Below, piece after piece: positions 36,982 to 46,786 of a stretch of DNA of 56,684 nt. Both the position numbers and the translations under genes were made by a program. Source of the DNA: Gammaproteobacteria bacterium (GTDB taxonomy: Bacteria; Pseudomonadota; Gammaproteobacteria; SZUA-229); the NCBI GenBank assembly GCA_015488295.1, contig WFOC01000084.1:1-56684 (forward strand), in the 5' to 3' direction. Position 1 is the stretch's first letter. Each line of letters starts with the position of its first letter. The notes under the pieces are model-generated. The model was not told where the DNA came from. It searched no databases and saw only the letters and a list, made by a program, of their open reading frames with translations.

Positions 36982-37962
36982 TTACTGGCACTTCCCGGCT
37001 TTAACTTTTTCAGGCTTTCGCTCGACCAGCGGCTGCTGCAACATATCCTTGCCCTGCTGCAATAAAAAGTCCAGAAAAGTACGCGACACCAGCGACAGCT
37101 TCTTGCCCTCCAGATGCACCGCATACCAGCGGTAAAACAAGGGAAAACCCTTCACATCCAGCACCGCAATTTGCTTGTGCTCCAGCTCCAGACGCAGATT
37201 ATGCCGCGACAAAACCGAAATACCCAGCCCGGCCATTACCGCCTGCTTGATCGCCTCACTGCTGCCCAGCTCCATATAAGGATTAATGGTCAACCCCTGC
37301 TCAAGGAACAAACGGTGAATCGCCTGCCGCGTGCCGGAACCTGCCTCACGTACCAGAAACCGTTCTTCATGCAACTGCTGCAGTGTAATATCCGAACATT
37401 TTGTCAACGGGTGATTCACGTTGGCCACCACCACCAGCTCATTATCAACAAAGTGCTGCGCCACCACATCCAGCTCTTCCGGCACCTGCCCCATGATCAG
37501 CAGATCATCCTCATTGGACTTCAGGCGTTCCAGCACGCGCGAACGATTGGTGACTTTCAGTATCGGCTGCACTTCCGGGTATTGTGCGATAAAAGCACCC
37601 AGCAGGTGCGGCATAAAATACTTGGCCGTGGTAATCACCGCGATGCGCAGCGGGCCTTTTACGACCGTACCCAGCTCGGTAGTAACCTCGCCCAGCGCCA
37701 CCATGCGCTCAAGTATATCCTGCGCAGCAGCATAAACTTCTGCACCGGCAACAGTCGGATGCACGCGGCGGCCAACCTGCTCCAGCAAGGGATGACCAAT
37801 AGCCTCATTCAGTTTTTTAATCTGCATGGAAATGGTAGGCTGGGTAAGGTGTAACTCTTCTGCAGCGCGGGTATAGCCGCCGAGGCGCACCACCGCTTCA
37901 AAGATTTGCATCTGGCGTAAAGTTACGTGGCGAATAAGGTTTTCAGCTGTTGCATAAATCAT
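36982..37962 (-). CDS. cbbR: LysR-family regulator divergent from cbbL (CbbR)
   Basis: N-terminal HTH (YTRAAEELHLTQPTISMQIKKLNE) and divergent arrangement with cbbLS. Confidence 0.85.
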   Translation of the reverse strand: MIYATAENLIRHVTLRQMQIFEAVVRLGGYTRAAEELHLTQPTISMQIKKLNEAIGHPLLEQVGRRVHPTVAGAEVYAAAQDILERMVALGEVTTELGTVVKGPLRIAVITTAKYFMPHLLGAFIAQYPEVQPILKVTNRSRVLERLKSNEDDLLIMGQVPEELDVVAQHFVDNELVVVANVNHPLTKCSDITLQQLHEERFLVREAGSGTRQAIHRLFLEQGLTINPYMELGSSEAIKQAVMAGLGISVLSRHNLRLELEHKQIAVLDVKGFPLFYRWYAVHLEGKKLSLVSRTFLDFLLQQGKDMLQQPLVERKPEKVKAGKCQ

Positions 37963-37965
37963 AGA

Positions 37966-37982
37966 TAAAGCTCTATACTTTA
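37966..37982. promoter_or_regulatory. LysR-type T-N11-A dyad TAAAG-N7-CTTTA in the cbbR-cbbL intergenic region
   Basis: Perfect 5-bp inverted arms 4 nt from the cbbR start codon. Confidence 0.5.
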
Positions 37983-38085
37983 AATAGAAACTATTGATTT
38001 TTATTTATACCGGGGTTTTAGCATAATGTCCACCACGCGGTTACCACCGCGCCATAACTCATTTATTGAATCACTGGAGAACACA

Positions 38086-39504
38086 ATGGCTAAAACCTAT
38101 GACGCGGGTGTAAAAGAATACCGCGAAACTTATTGGCGCCCAGATTATACCCCGAAAGATACGGATATTCTGGCCTGTTTCAAAATCACCCCTCAGGATG
38201 GTGTACCTCGTGAAGAAGTTGCTGCTGCGGTAGCTGCAGAATCATCAACTGGTACCTGGACCACAGTATGGACCGACCTGCTGACTGATCTTGATTACTA
38301 CAAGGGCGTTGCTTATGCAATGGAAGACGTACCAGGCGACGACACATGCTTCTACGCATTTATCGCCTACCCAATTGACCTGTTTGAAGAAGGTTCAGTT
38401 GTAAACGTTATGACTTCACTTGTTGGTAACGTATTCGGCTTTAAAGCTCTGCGTGCACTGCGTTTAGAAGACATCCGTTTCCCGATCGCCTACGTTATGA
38501 CATGTAATGGTCCACCACAGGGTATCACTTTAGAGCGTGACATCCTGAACAAATACGGTCGTCCAATGCTGGGTTGTACTATTAAGCCTAAACTGGGTCT
38601 GTCTGCGAAGAACTACGGTCGTGCATGTTACGAAGGTCTGCGCGGCGGTCTTGACTTCACTAAAGATGACGAGAACGTAAACTCACAGCCATTCATGCGC
38701 TGGCGCGCTCGTTTCGACTTCGTAATGGAAGCGATTCTGAAAGCTGAAGCTGAAACTGGTGAGCGTAAAGGTCACTACCTGAACGTTACTGCACCGACTG
38801 CTGATGAAATGATGCGTCGTGCTGAATACGCCAAAGAAATCGGCGCTCCTATCATCATGCATGACTACCTGACTGGTGGCTGGTCTGCTAACACACAGCT
38901 GGCTCAATGGTGTCAGGAAAACGGCATGTTGTTACACATTCACCGCGCTATGCACGCGGTAATGGATCGCAACCCGCACCACGGTATCCACTTCCGTGTA
39001 CTAACCAAGATTCTGCGTCTGTCTGGTGGTGATCACCTGCACTCCGGTACTGTTGTAGGTAAGCTGGAAGGCGACCGCGAAGCAACTCTGGGCTGGATCG
39101 ACATCATGCGTGATTCATACGTTAAAGAAGATCGCTCACGCGGCATCTTCTTCGACCAGGACTGGGGCGCTATGCCTGGCCTGTTCCCTGTTGCTTCTGG
39201 TGGTATCCACGTATGGCACATGCCAGCACTGGTTAACATCTTTGGTGACGACTCAGTACTGCAGTTTGGTGGCGGTACATTAGGTCACCCCTGGGGCAAC
39301 GCCGCAGGTGCAGCAGCCAACCGTGTAGCAGTTGAAGCTTGTGTAGAAGCTCGCAACATGGGTCGTGAACTTGAGAAAGAAGGTAAAGACATCCTGACAG
39401 CGGCTGCGAAACACAGCCCAGAGCTGAACGCAGCGATGGAAACCTGGAAAGAAATCAAGTTTGAGTTCGACACTGTTGACAAACTTGACGTTTCTCACAA
39501 GTAA
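38086..39504 (+). CDS. cbbL: RuBisCO large subunit, form IA
   Basis: [17 protein letters not shown]..., [25 protein letters not shown]. The ATG at 38086 is preceded by ggaga. The ORF-track start at 38026 is rejected. Confidence 0.97.
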   Translation: MAKTYDAGVKEYRETYWRPDYTPKDTDILACFKITPQDGVPREEVAAAVAAESSTGTWTTVWTDLLTDLDYYKGVAYAMEDVPGDDTCFYAFIAYPIDLFEEGSVVNVMTSLVGNVFGFKALRALRLEDIRFPIAYVMTCNGPPQGITLERDILNKYGRPMLGCTIKPKLGLSAKNYGRACYEGLRGGLDFTKDDENVNSQPFMRWRARFDFVMEAILKAEAETGERKGHYLNVTAPTADEMMRRAEYAKEIGAPIIMHDYLTGGWSANTQLAQWCQENGMLLHIHRAMHAVMDRNPHHGIHFRVLTKILRLSGGDHLHSGTVVGKLEGDREATLGWIDIMRDSYVKEDRSRGIFFDQDWGAMPGLFPVASGGIHVWHMPALVNIFGDDSVLQFGGGTLGHPWGNAAGAAANRVAVEACVEARNMGRELEKEGKDILTAAAKHSPELNAAMETWKEIKFEFDTVDKLDVSHK

Positions 39505-39606
39505 GATCTCACAGGTCATTTAGTCATTGGCAGGGTGCGCATACACAGTACTGTCGCACTCTGCTGACTAATAACACATATACAAATATTTATTTGGAGC
39601 AATAAA

Positions 39607-39954
39607 ATGCAAGATTATGAATCAAGTTTGAGCGATGCCTCAAGCCGTAAATTTGAAACTTTTTCATATTTACCACCGATGACACCTGAGCAGACTCGTC
39701 AGCAGATCGAGTACATCGTCAGCAAAGGCTGGAACCCGGGTATCGAACACACTGAACCAGAAAATGCCAATGGTCACTACTGGTACATGTGGAAACTGCC
39801 TATGTTTGGTGAAACTGACGTGGACGCTATTTTGAAAGAAGTAGAAGCGTGTCACGCAGCACACCCTGACAACCACGTTCGTCTGTTAGGTTTTGATAAC
39901 TTTGCCCAGTCTGCTGGTGCATCTATGGTTATCTACCGCGGCAAGACTGTTTAA
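39607..39954 (+). CDS. cbbS: RuBisCO small subunit
   Basis: 115 aa. [11 protein letters not shown]...[11 protein letters not shown]. Confidence 0.95.
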   Translation: MQDYESSLSDASSRKFETFSYLPPMTPEQTRQQIEYIVSKGWNPGIEHTEPENANGHYWYMWKLPMFGETDVDAILKEVEACHAAHPDNHVRLLGFDNFAQSAGASMVIYRGKTV

Positions 39955-39974
39955 TTAAACAGCCTTAACGTACT

Positions 39975-40002
39975 GATCCGGTCACAATCATGTGACCGGA
40001 TC
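39975..40002 (+). other. Perfect 12-bp stem hairpin just after cbbS (mRNA 3' stabiliser or partial terminator)
   Basis: gatccggtcaca-atca-tgtgaccggatc. No strong U-run follows. Confidence 0.5.
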
Positions 40003-40018
40003 TATCAGGTAAAAAATA

Positions 40019-40330
40019 ATGGATAAACCAAAAGTATATGTAGGTCTTGAGAATGAAGTAAATGGTGGCATGACCACTATTGGCAAAATCATTCGCGATG
40101 CCTGGGTATTTGGAATTCTCGCCGAAACAGAAACCTGTAAAGGCTGGAACCTAGCCGGGATTGACTCTTTATTACAAAAGGTTAATGCCGAGTGGGACAA
40201 ATATGGCTGCCTGGTCAGTCACCTGCCCGAAGATTTAGCAGCACGTCATCGTGAAATTCATGGCAAAGCCATTGAAAAAGCCAAAGCTGCCGGCTGGTCC
40301 GGTGAGCAGGAAACCGACGACGAAGAGTAG
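40019..40330 (+). CDS. 103-aa soluble acidic-tailed protein between cbbS and cbbQ, unknown function
   Basis: The ORF fills the gap exactly. No motif recognised. C-terminus EQETDDEE. Confidence 0.55.
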   Translation: MDKPKVYVGLENEVNGGMTTIGKIIRDAWVFGILAETETCKGWNLAGIDSLLQKVNAEWDKYGCLVSHLPEDLAARHREIHGKAIEKAKAAGWSGEQETDDEE

Positions 40331-40365
40331 TAAAACAACTATTAATAAGATGAGTGGGTATAATT

Positions 40366-41181
40366 ATGTCTGATACAACAGTAGATCCAAAACAGTACAT
40401 CATTAAAGACGAGCCTTATTACGAAGCCGTTCACAACGAGATTGATTTATACGAGGCTGCTTACAACGTACGCATGCCAATGATGCTGAAAGGCCCAACC
40501 GGCTGCGGTAAGTCACGTTTTGTCGAATACATGGCGTGGAAACTGGGTAAACCATTAATCACCGTTGCCTGTAATGAAGACATGACAGCCTCTGACCTGG
40601 TTGGCCGCTTCCTGCTCGACGCAGACGGCACCAAATGGCAGGACGGTCCATTAACAACAGCCGCCCGCATCGGCGCAATCTGCTACCTCGACGAAGTCGT
40701 AGAAGCACGCCAGGACACCACCGTTGTTATTCACCCGCTGACCGACCACCGTCGTGCGCTGCCACTGGATAAAAAAGGCGAGCTGATTCAGGCACACCCT
40801 GACTTCCAGCTGGTGATCTCATACAACCCTGGTTACCAGAGTTTGATGAAAGATCTCAAGCAGTCCACCAAACAACGTTTTGGCGGCCTCGACTTTGACT
40901 ACCCGGAAGCCGAACTGGAAACATCTATTGTGACCAAAGAGTCTGGCGTAGACAAAGACACTGCGGAAAAACTGGTACAGATCGCACACCGCGCTCGTAA
41001 CCTGAAAGGCCACGGCCTGGACGAAGGTATCTCAACACGTTTGCTGGTTTACGCCGGTCAGCTGATCAGCAAAGGTGTCAATGCCGAAGCTGCCTGCAGC
41101 ATGACCATGGTCACGCCATTGACTGACGATCCGGATATGCGCGACACGCTGAATGCGGCCGTGCAGACCTTCCTGGGTTAA
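40366..41181 (+). CDS. cbbQ: CbbQ, MoxR-type AAA+ RuBisCO activase subunit
   Basis: GPTGCGKS and CYLDEVVEA. The ATG at 40366 is preferred over the GTG at 40354. Confidence 0.9.
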   Translation: MSDTTVDPKQYIIKDEPYYEAVHNEIDLYEAAYNVRMPMMLKGPTGCGKSRFVEYMAWKLGKPLITVACNEDMTASDLVGRFLLDADGTKWQDGPLTTAARIGAICYLDEVVEARQDTTVVIHPLTDHRRALPLDKKGELIQAHPDFQLVISYNPGYQSLMKDLKQSTKQRFGGLDFDYPEAELETSIVTKESGVDKDTAEKLVQIAHRARNLKGHGLDEGISTRLLVYAGQLISKGVNAEAACSMTMVTPLTDDPDMRDTLNAAVQTFLG

Positions 41182-41281
41182 AAACGAAACCCGGAAACTT
41201 GTTCTTATTCAGGATAAATCCGTCAACTCGACGGCAAAATCCGGATAAAACATGAGTTGAAACTACATATGGTGTACCGTT

Positions 41282-43639
41282 ATGTCGTCTATCAAACTTG
41301 AAGATTACGCAGAATTTTTGCAAGAAGCCGCACCGGAAGTGAAGGATGTGCTGGACAGCACATTCCATGATGCAGCGCGTATCATGTCGCCTGCCGGGTT
41401 ACAGGACTACCTCGATGGAGCCAGGGCACTATGCAACCTGGGCCGCGGTCACGACCTGGTCGTAACCTACATCCAGGAAATGCCGCTGGTTGCCAAAGAA
41501 TGTGGCGAAGACATCATTCCCGATGTCATCACCGCTGCCATGAAAGTCTCTTCCATGACCTCTGGCGAAGTCATCACCCTGCTGTTCACCAGCCTGCCGA
41601 CCGCATCACGCCATCTTGGTGATGCCCAGCTGGTGCGCGGTTACCTGACACTGATTCATCAGCTGGCCTCCACCGCTGCCCGCGGTCTGCGCCCCATGCT
41701 GACGCATATCGATGAACTGCTCTCAAAACTAACCCTGAGCGGCCTGCGCCGCTGGGCAAATTTCGGTGCCCAGGCTTATCGTCGTGACTTCGATAACCTG
41801 ACCGCCTATTTCAACCTGGAATCACAGGACAGCCGCGCCATGCTGGAAAAAGAGCGTCGCGGCGTGCTGTTTGTCAAAGTCCAGCGCAAGCTTAATTTCT
41901 ATCTGCGCGCCTTATGGGGCCGTGATTTCTTCCTGCGCCCCACCGGCGCGGACTACACCGATTTCCGCCCCTACGTGGAAGACCGCATCATCTACATGCC
42001 CGATGCGCTGGATGACATCGGCCCGAAAGAAAACCCCATCGCCGGCCTGGAAATTTACCGCGCCACCGCCGCACACATGGCTTCGCACCTGATCTACACC
42101 AGCGCCTCCATGTCTGCCGAGCAACTTAGTCCGGCACAGATGTTTTTCATCGGCCTGCTGGAAGACGCACGCGTTGAATACAAGGCTATCAACAAGTTCC
42201 CCGGCCTGAAAAGACTGTGGACATCACTGATGCAAATCAAATTCGACGAGCCGGTTGAACATGAAACCGTCGAAATACTGGAAAGACTCGCCCTGCAGCT
42301 GCTCGACAGCAACGTGAAAGGCGACGACGAACAGCTCAACGCCTTCGTCGAAAAATTCCATAACGAAATCGAAGAAAAGCAGGACGATAACAACTTCTCC
42401 TGGATGATGGGTGTCGAGTTATACAATATTTTTGCTGGCCGCAAAGCCATGCCAAGCCTGCGCATGCTGGAGCGTTACCGCATTCCTTACCGCGATGACA
42501 ACCGCATCATCTGGCACTTTGAAGACATCGACTGGAACAAGAGTTTTGAATACCTGGCCGCCAGCCAGACCCAGGTACGTTACCAGGTCAGCCCGCTGAT
42601 GATGGCACACGAAGTCGACTGCGAACTGGCCGGTGATGATGCCCAGGAAATCTGGACCTGCTCCGACCTGATGCGCTTCTACGAAGATGACCTGACCGAC
42701 AGTTCAGCCACCTTCAATGAAGCCTGGGGTAAAGAGCCGATCTCCGAGCCCTTCCACTACCAGGAATGGGACTACCAGATTCAGCTGCACCGCCCCGACT
42801 GGGTCACCGTGTATGAGCGCCGCCAGCCCAAGGGCGACCCGGAAGAGATCGATGCAATTCTCGCCGAGCACAAGCCCATCGCGCACCGCATTCGGCAGAT
42901 CATCGATCTGCTGGCACCGGCCGGCGTACAGCGCCAGCGCGGCATGGAAGACGGTGACGAAATCGATGTCAATGCAGCCGTTGATGCCATGATTGCCATC
43001 CGTATGGGTGAGCAGCCAAGCACACGCATCACCATGCGCAACGTACTGAAAACCCGTGACCTTGCTGTTGTGGTATTGCTCGATCTGTCCGAGTCCACCA
43101 ATGAAAAAATTGGTAACTCTGAAAAGACCGTGCTGGAACTCACCCGCGAAGCGGCCACCCTGGTCTCCACCGCCATCGAAGGTATTGGTGACCCGTTTGC
43201 ACTGCATGGCTTTGCCTCTGATGGTCGCCACGACGTGCAGTACTACCGCTTCAAGGATTTCAACCAACACTTCGATGACGATGCCAAGGCACGTCTCGCT
43301 GGCATGCAGGGCGGCCTGTCAACACGCATGGGCGCAGCACTGCGTCACGCCGGACAGCACCTGCTGAAACAACAGGAGCGGCGCAAGCTCATCCTGCTGG
43401 TCACCGATGGCGAACCGGCAGACATCGATGAGCAGGATCCGCAACATCTGCGTCACGACACCAAAAAGGCCGTCGAGGAATTATATTCCACCGGCGTACT
43501 TACCTACTGCCTGACGCTGGATCCACACGCAGACAATTATGTAAAACGCATCTTTGGCGAAAACAACTACACCGTAATCGAACACGTAGATCGCCTGCCC
43601 GAGCAATTGCCACTGTTGTTTGCCAGCCTGACGGGCTAA
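41282..43639 (+). CDS. cbbO: CbbO, VWA-domain adaptor of the CbbQO activase
   Basis: 785 aa with a C-terminal VWA (VLLDLSEST...LVTDGEPADID). Lies downstream of cbbQ. Confidence 0.85.
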   Translation: MSSIKLEDYAEFLQEAAPEVKDVLDSTFHDAARIMSPAGLQDYLDGARALCNLGRGHDLVVTYIQEMPLVAKECGEDIIPDVITAAMKVSSMTSGEVITLLFTSLPTASRHLGDAQLVRGYLTLIHQLASTAARGLRPMLTHIDELLSKLTLSGLRRWANFGAQAYRRDFDNLTAYFNLESQDSRAMLEKERRGVLFVKVQRKLNFYLRALWGRDFFLRPTGADYTDFRPYVEDRIIYMPDALDDIGPKENPIAGLEIYRATAAHMASHLIYTSASMSAEQLSPAQMFFIGLLEDARVEYKAINKFPGLKRLWTSLMQIKFDEPVEHETVEILERLALQLLDSNVKGDDEQLNAFVEKFHNEIEEKQDDNNFSWMMGVELYNIFAGRKAMPSLRMLERYRIPYRDDNRIIWHFEDIDWNKSFEYLAASQTQVRYQVSPLMMAHEVDCELAGDDAQEIWTCSDLMRFYEDDLTDSSATFNEAWGKEPISEPFHYQEWDYQIQLHRPDWVTVYERRQPKGDPEEIDAILAEHKPIAHRIRQIIDLLAPAGVQRQRGMEDGDEIDVNAAVDAMIAIRMGEQPSTRITMRNVLKTRDLAVVVLLDLSESTNEKIGNSEKTVLELTREAATLVSTAIEGIGDPFALHGFASDGRHDVQYYRFKDFNQHFDDDAKARLAGMQGGLSTRMGAALRHAGQHLLKQQERRKLILLVTDGEPADIDEQDPQHLRHDTKKAVEELYSTGVLTYCLTLDPHADNYVKRIFGENNYTVIEHVDRLPEQLPLLFASLTG

Positions 43640-43644
43640 TACAC

Positions 43645-44007
43645 ATGTCTCGCGTTTTCACGATGCCAGTGTATGCGAGCCGTGATGATGAGGTAGAAGC
43701 CGCCCTGTATAACCTGTGGCGGCGGGCAAAATTACACCTGCGGCTGCCGCTGCGTTTTGAACTGCCACCATCCACCCAGATGGCACTGATCATAGAACAG
43801 GATCACTGGGTGGTAGTGGATCAAAATCAATATGATTTACCCATGCTGGCCTGGGTGGATTTTCAGGACAAAGGCCGCAGCGACCTGCACACACCAGTGG
43901 CCTGCACCTTGAATTATTACCACTACATGGCCAGCCAGCTGCGAAAAAAAGTGCTGGAGCAAATGAGCGAAGCACTGGAAGCACATTTGAAAAACGCACA
44001 GCACTGA
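43645..44007 (+). CDS. 120-aa protein directly after cbbO, unknown function
   Basis: 5-nt gap to the cbbO stop. No motif recognised. Confidence 0.55.
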   Translation: MSRVFTMPVYASRDDEVEAALYNLWRRAKLHLRLPLRFELPPSTQMALIIEQDHWVVVDQNQYDLPMLAWVDFQDKGRSDLHTPVACTLNYYHYMASQLRKKVLEQMSEALEAHLKNAQH

Positions 44008-44053
44008 GCAAAACCTTAAACTTTTTTACAGGAAAAATTTACCGGGTAACACC

Positions 44054-45277
44054 ATGCCACTTGTTGATATGAAAGATATGCTGCACCACGCCTACCGTCA
44101 CGGTTACGCTGTTGGTGCCTTTGACCTCGTCAGTCTGGATTTTCTGGAAGGCATCATGATGGCGGCTGAACAGGCGCGTGCGCCTGTCATTCTCAACCTG
44201 GTTGAATCCCACTTCAAATCAATCGACATCGAACTGGTCATGCCTGCGGTGGAAGCCGCCGCGACCCGTGCGCTGGTGCCGGTGGCAATCCATCTCGACC
44301 ACAGCGCCAGCATCGACAGCGCCGTCAAAGCCATCAATCGCGGCTGCAACGGCGTAAAAGTGGATGCCGCACACCTGGACTTCACCGAAAACACCCACAT
44401 CACCAAAGCCATGGTCGAAACAGCCCACGCCTGTGGTGTTTCAGTAGAAGGTGAGCTGGGCTGCGTTCCCGGTGCCAACGGTGAAGATGCTGAACGCCAT
44501 CCCGGTGACATCTGCTACACCTCACTGGCCGAAGCCAAAGCCTACGTAGAGCGCACCAACGTGGATTTTCTTGCCATCGCCATCGGCACCATGCACGGCG
44601 ATATCAAAGGCAAACCCAGGCTGGACTACCAGCGCCTGAAACAAATCAATGAAAAACTGGCGATCCCGCTGGTCATTCACGGCGGCACCGGCCTTTCTGA
44701 CGACCAGTACCGTCGCCTGATTGCCAACGGCGTGGCCAAGATAAACTACTTCACCGCACTGTCAAAAGTAGCGGTCAAAAAAATCAAGGAAAACACCAGA
44801 ACAAACAACGCCTGCGCCTACACCGGCCTGCTGAAAGACATCAACCAGGTCGTTGCCGGTGAAGTCGAGCGCTGCATGCGCATGTGGGGTTCAGCTGGTC
44901 GTGCGGCCGAAGTGCTGGCACAGTGCGGCTCGTGGACACCGGTCGAACACATGATCATGTTTAATGTTGAAGGCGTGGATAAAGTCGGCGCAGACATGCT
45001 GATGGCCGAAGGCCAGCGTGTGCTGTCAGCCATCCCCGGTGTGCGTGAAGTGTTTAGCGGTGAAGCCATGCAGGACAACGCCAAATATCACTACACCTGG
45101 CTGGTACGATTCTGCCACCCGAAACTGGTCGACAGTTATCAGCAACACCCGGCCTACGCCGCGTTCAACTCAAAACTACTCAGAACCGTGTCAAACAAGC
45201 GGGTAACCATCGACTTCCAGACCATGCAGGCAAGAACCGCCAGCGTGATGCCCGGCTTTCAGGAAGCCAGAGCATAG
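44054..45277 (+). CDS. Class II (metal-dependent) ketose/fructose-bisphosphate aldolase fused to a C-terminal Dabb (stress-responsive alpha/beta barrel) domain
   Basis: Aldolase motifs VAIHLDHS, VEGELG, AIGTMHG, LVIHGGTG. About the last 100 aa: HMIMFNV...IPGVREVFSG...YQQHPAYAAF...VTIDFQ. Confidence 0.85.
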   Translation: MPLVDMKDMLHHAYRHGYAVGAFDLVSLDFLEGIMMAAEQARAPVILNLVESHFKSIDIELVMPAVEAAATRALVPVAIHLDHSASIDSAVKAINRGCNGVKVDAAHLDFTENTHITKAMVETAHACGVSVEGELGCVPGANGEDAERHPGDICYTSLAEAKAYVERTNVDFLAIAIGTMHGDIKGKPRLDYQRLKQINEKLAIPLVIHGGTGLSDDQYRRLIANGVAKINYFTALSKVAVKKIKENTRTNNACAYTGLLKDINQVVAGEVERCMRMWGSAGRAAEVLAQCGSWTPVEHMIMFNVEGVDKVGADMLMAEGQRVLSAIPGVREVFSGEAMQDNAKYHYTWLVRFCHPKLVDSYQQHPAYAAFNSKLLRTVSNKRVTIDFQTMQARTASVMPGFQEARA

Positions 45278-45341
45278 GCAGAAAATACGGCGCGGCTCAT
45301 CACCGCCAGCCCTGTATTCAGAACCGCATTCAGAAAAACAA

Positions 45342-46592
45342 TCAACCGTCGCGGCCATCAACACGCGCACTGAGTAACATCGGCGCATAAACCATCACAA
45401 AGATGGCAAACGACAGCACCCACAATACCTGCGAAATACCAACCCAGTAAACATACAGGTCCATATTAAACAAAGGAAAGACAACGCGGAAAATAACACC
45501 CAGCGACAGCAGGGCAAAGCTCCAGAAAATAATAGTCGGCGGTTCAAACACACTGCGCCCGGTGTGACCCAGCGAAACCCGCGACATCATACCGATGGTT
45601 AACAGGCCGATGCCGCCAGCGGTAAACGCATGCACCGACAGAAACGGCGAGATACCAAAAAACACCGATAATGCTTTCAGCGCAAAGCCCAGAATAAGCG
45701 AGGCATAAGCCGCCACCAGAATCCACACCAGCGGCTTGCTCCAGATTTTACTGGTATACCAGCCTGCCAGACGCAGCGTATGTAACAGAGTCAGCAGCAC
45801 AGCAAGCGCACCGGTTAGCGTGTCATACGCGGTGAACACATCGCTGATCCACAAAAACACCAGCAGGATCAAACTGGAATGATCCACCCAGGCACGGTTG
45901 GTCAGCACCACATTGCCGTCCACCCCGTTCTGGATAAACATCGGCATAACGCGACGCATCATGACAAAAATCAGCGCGATGATCATGTACAGCGCTGAGA
46001 ACAGCCCCCACTGCACACCTTCAGCCAGCACACCCATCAGCCCCAGATAAAAAGCAATATTGCAAAACATCAGCAGAAAGATTTTTGAGATGATACCGAC
46101 CTGCTTATATTGTTTCACCTTCAGCACCGGACGCAAACAGGCAACACCCAGCAGGAACAAAAACGCCACGTCGACCAGTGCAATAATTTCCAGCGGAACC
46201 ATCAGGCCTGACAGCGGCAAAATACGCGCAACAAGCCACAGCAAAAACAGCACCGCCAGCGGTTTGCCACGCAGCACTTCCTCGCCCGTCCAGTTCTTGA
46301 TCGCGGTCAGCAAAAAACCGGCCACCACCGCCATCACATAACCGAACATCATTTCATGCCCGTGCCATAAAGCCGGTGGAATACCCGAAAAACTGAAAGG
46401 CGCAGCAAACACAAAACTTGCCATCCAGATCACCATCGCTACAATGGAAAAAATACCCGCCGCCAGAAAGAACGGCCGGAAGCCCAGCCGCCAGACAGGA
46501 GGGCCAAAATCAACAGGTTTGGAATCGACAATTTCACCTTCGATATTTAACATAGCAATTAACTCGAGTTTTTGAATGCGCTGATAATACAC
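45342..46592 (-). CDS. nnrS: NnrS family haem/copper membrane protein
   Basis: WRLGFRPFFLAAG, WHGHEMMFGYV..AGFLLTA and HAFTAGGIGLLTIGMMSRVSLGHTGR motifs. Confidence 0.85.
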   Translation of the reverse strand: MYYQRIQKLELIAMLNIEGEIVDSKPVDFGPPVWRLGFRPFFLAAGIFSIVAMVIWMASFVFAAPFSFSGIPPALWHGHEMMFGYVMAVVAGFLLTAIKNWTGEEVLRGKPLAVLFLLWLVARILPLSGLMVPLEIIALVDVAFLFLLGVACLRPVLKVKQYKQVGIISKIFLLMFCNIAFYLGLMGVLAEGVQWGLFSALYMIIALIFVMMRRVMPMFIQNGVDGNVVLTNRAWVDHSSLILLVFLWISDVFTAYDTLTGALAVLLTLLHTLRLAGWYTSKIWSKPLVWILVAAYASLILGFALKALSVFFGISPFLSVHAFTAGGIGLLTIGMMSRVSLGHTGRSVFEPPTIIFWSFALLSLGVIFRVVFPLFNMDLYVYWVGISQVLWVLSFAIFVMVYAPMLLSARVDGRDG

Positions 46593-46661
46593 AGCAAAAT
46601 GCTCAGGTAAACCATAACTTAAGGCAGGTTATCGTTATTCTAACAATTATTTCATCACTCT

Positions 46662-46675
46662 TTGACTTACATCAT
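46662..46675. promoter_or_regulatory. FNR/DNR-type box TTGACttacATCAt upstream of nnrS
   Basis: Its centre is about 76 nt upstream of the 46592 start (minus strand). Confidence 0.55.
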
Positions 46676-46786
46676 GGACATATAACGGCTGGCTGACGAA
46701 CATGTGCATCTGCTTTTACGCCCCGCTTTTCGGGTCGAAACCAGCCTAACCAAGCATTTCAACCATCCCACTTAACACGAGCCACG

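Noticed and set aside
37114-37854. 246-aa plus-strand ORF
   Set aside because: Antisense to cbbR. The translation is Gln/His/Arg-rich with no motif.
37994-38027. Candidate cbbL promoter (ttgatt ... cataat)
   Set aside because: The spacer would be 22 nt, too long for a sigma70 promoter. It cannot be supported without mapping.
38026-38085. N-terminal 20-codon extension of cbbL suggested by the ORF track
   Set aside because: Form IA large subunits start at [12 protein letters not shown]. The ATG at 38086 has a ggaga RBS. The extension would also overlap the regulatory region.
42704-43270. 188-aa minus-strand ORF, and other ORFs antisense to cbbO, norD and nirJ
   Set aside because: Shadow frames of long, GC-balanced genes.
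38086-45277. Possibility of a carboxysome operon
   Set aside because: No shell protein, CsoS2 or carbonic anhydrase genes follow cbbLS. cbbQ and cbbO follow instead, so this is the non-carboxysomal form IA type.
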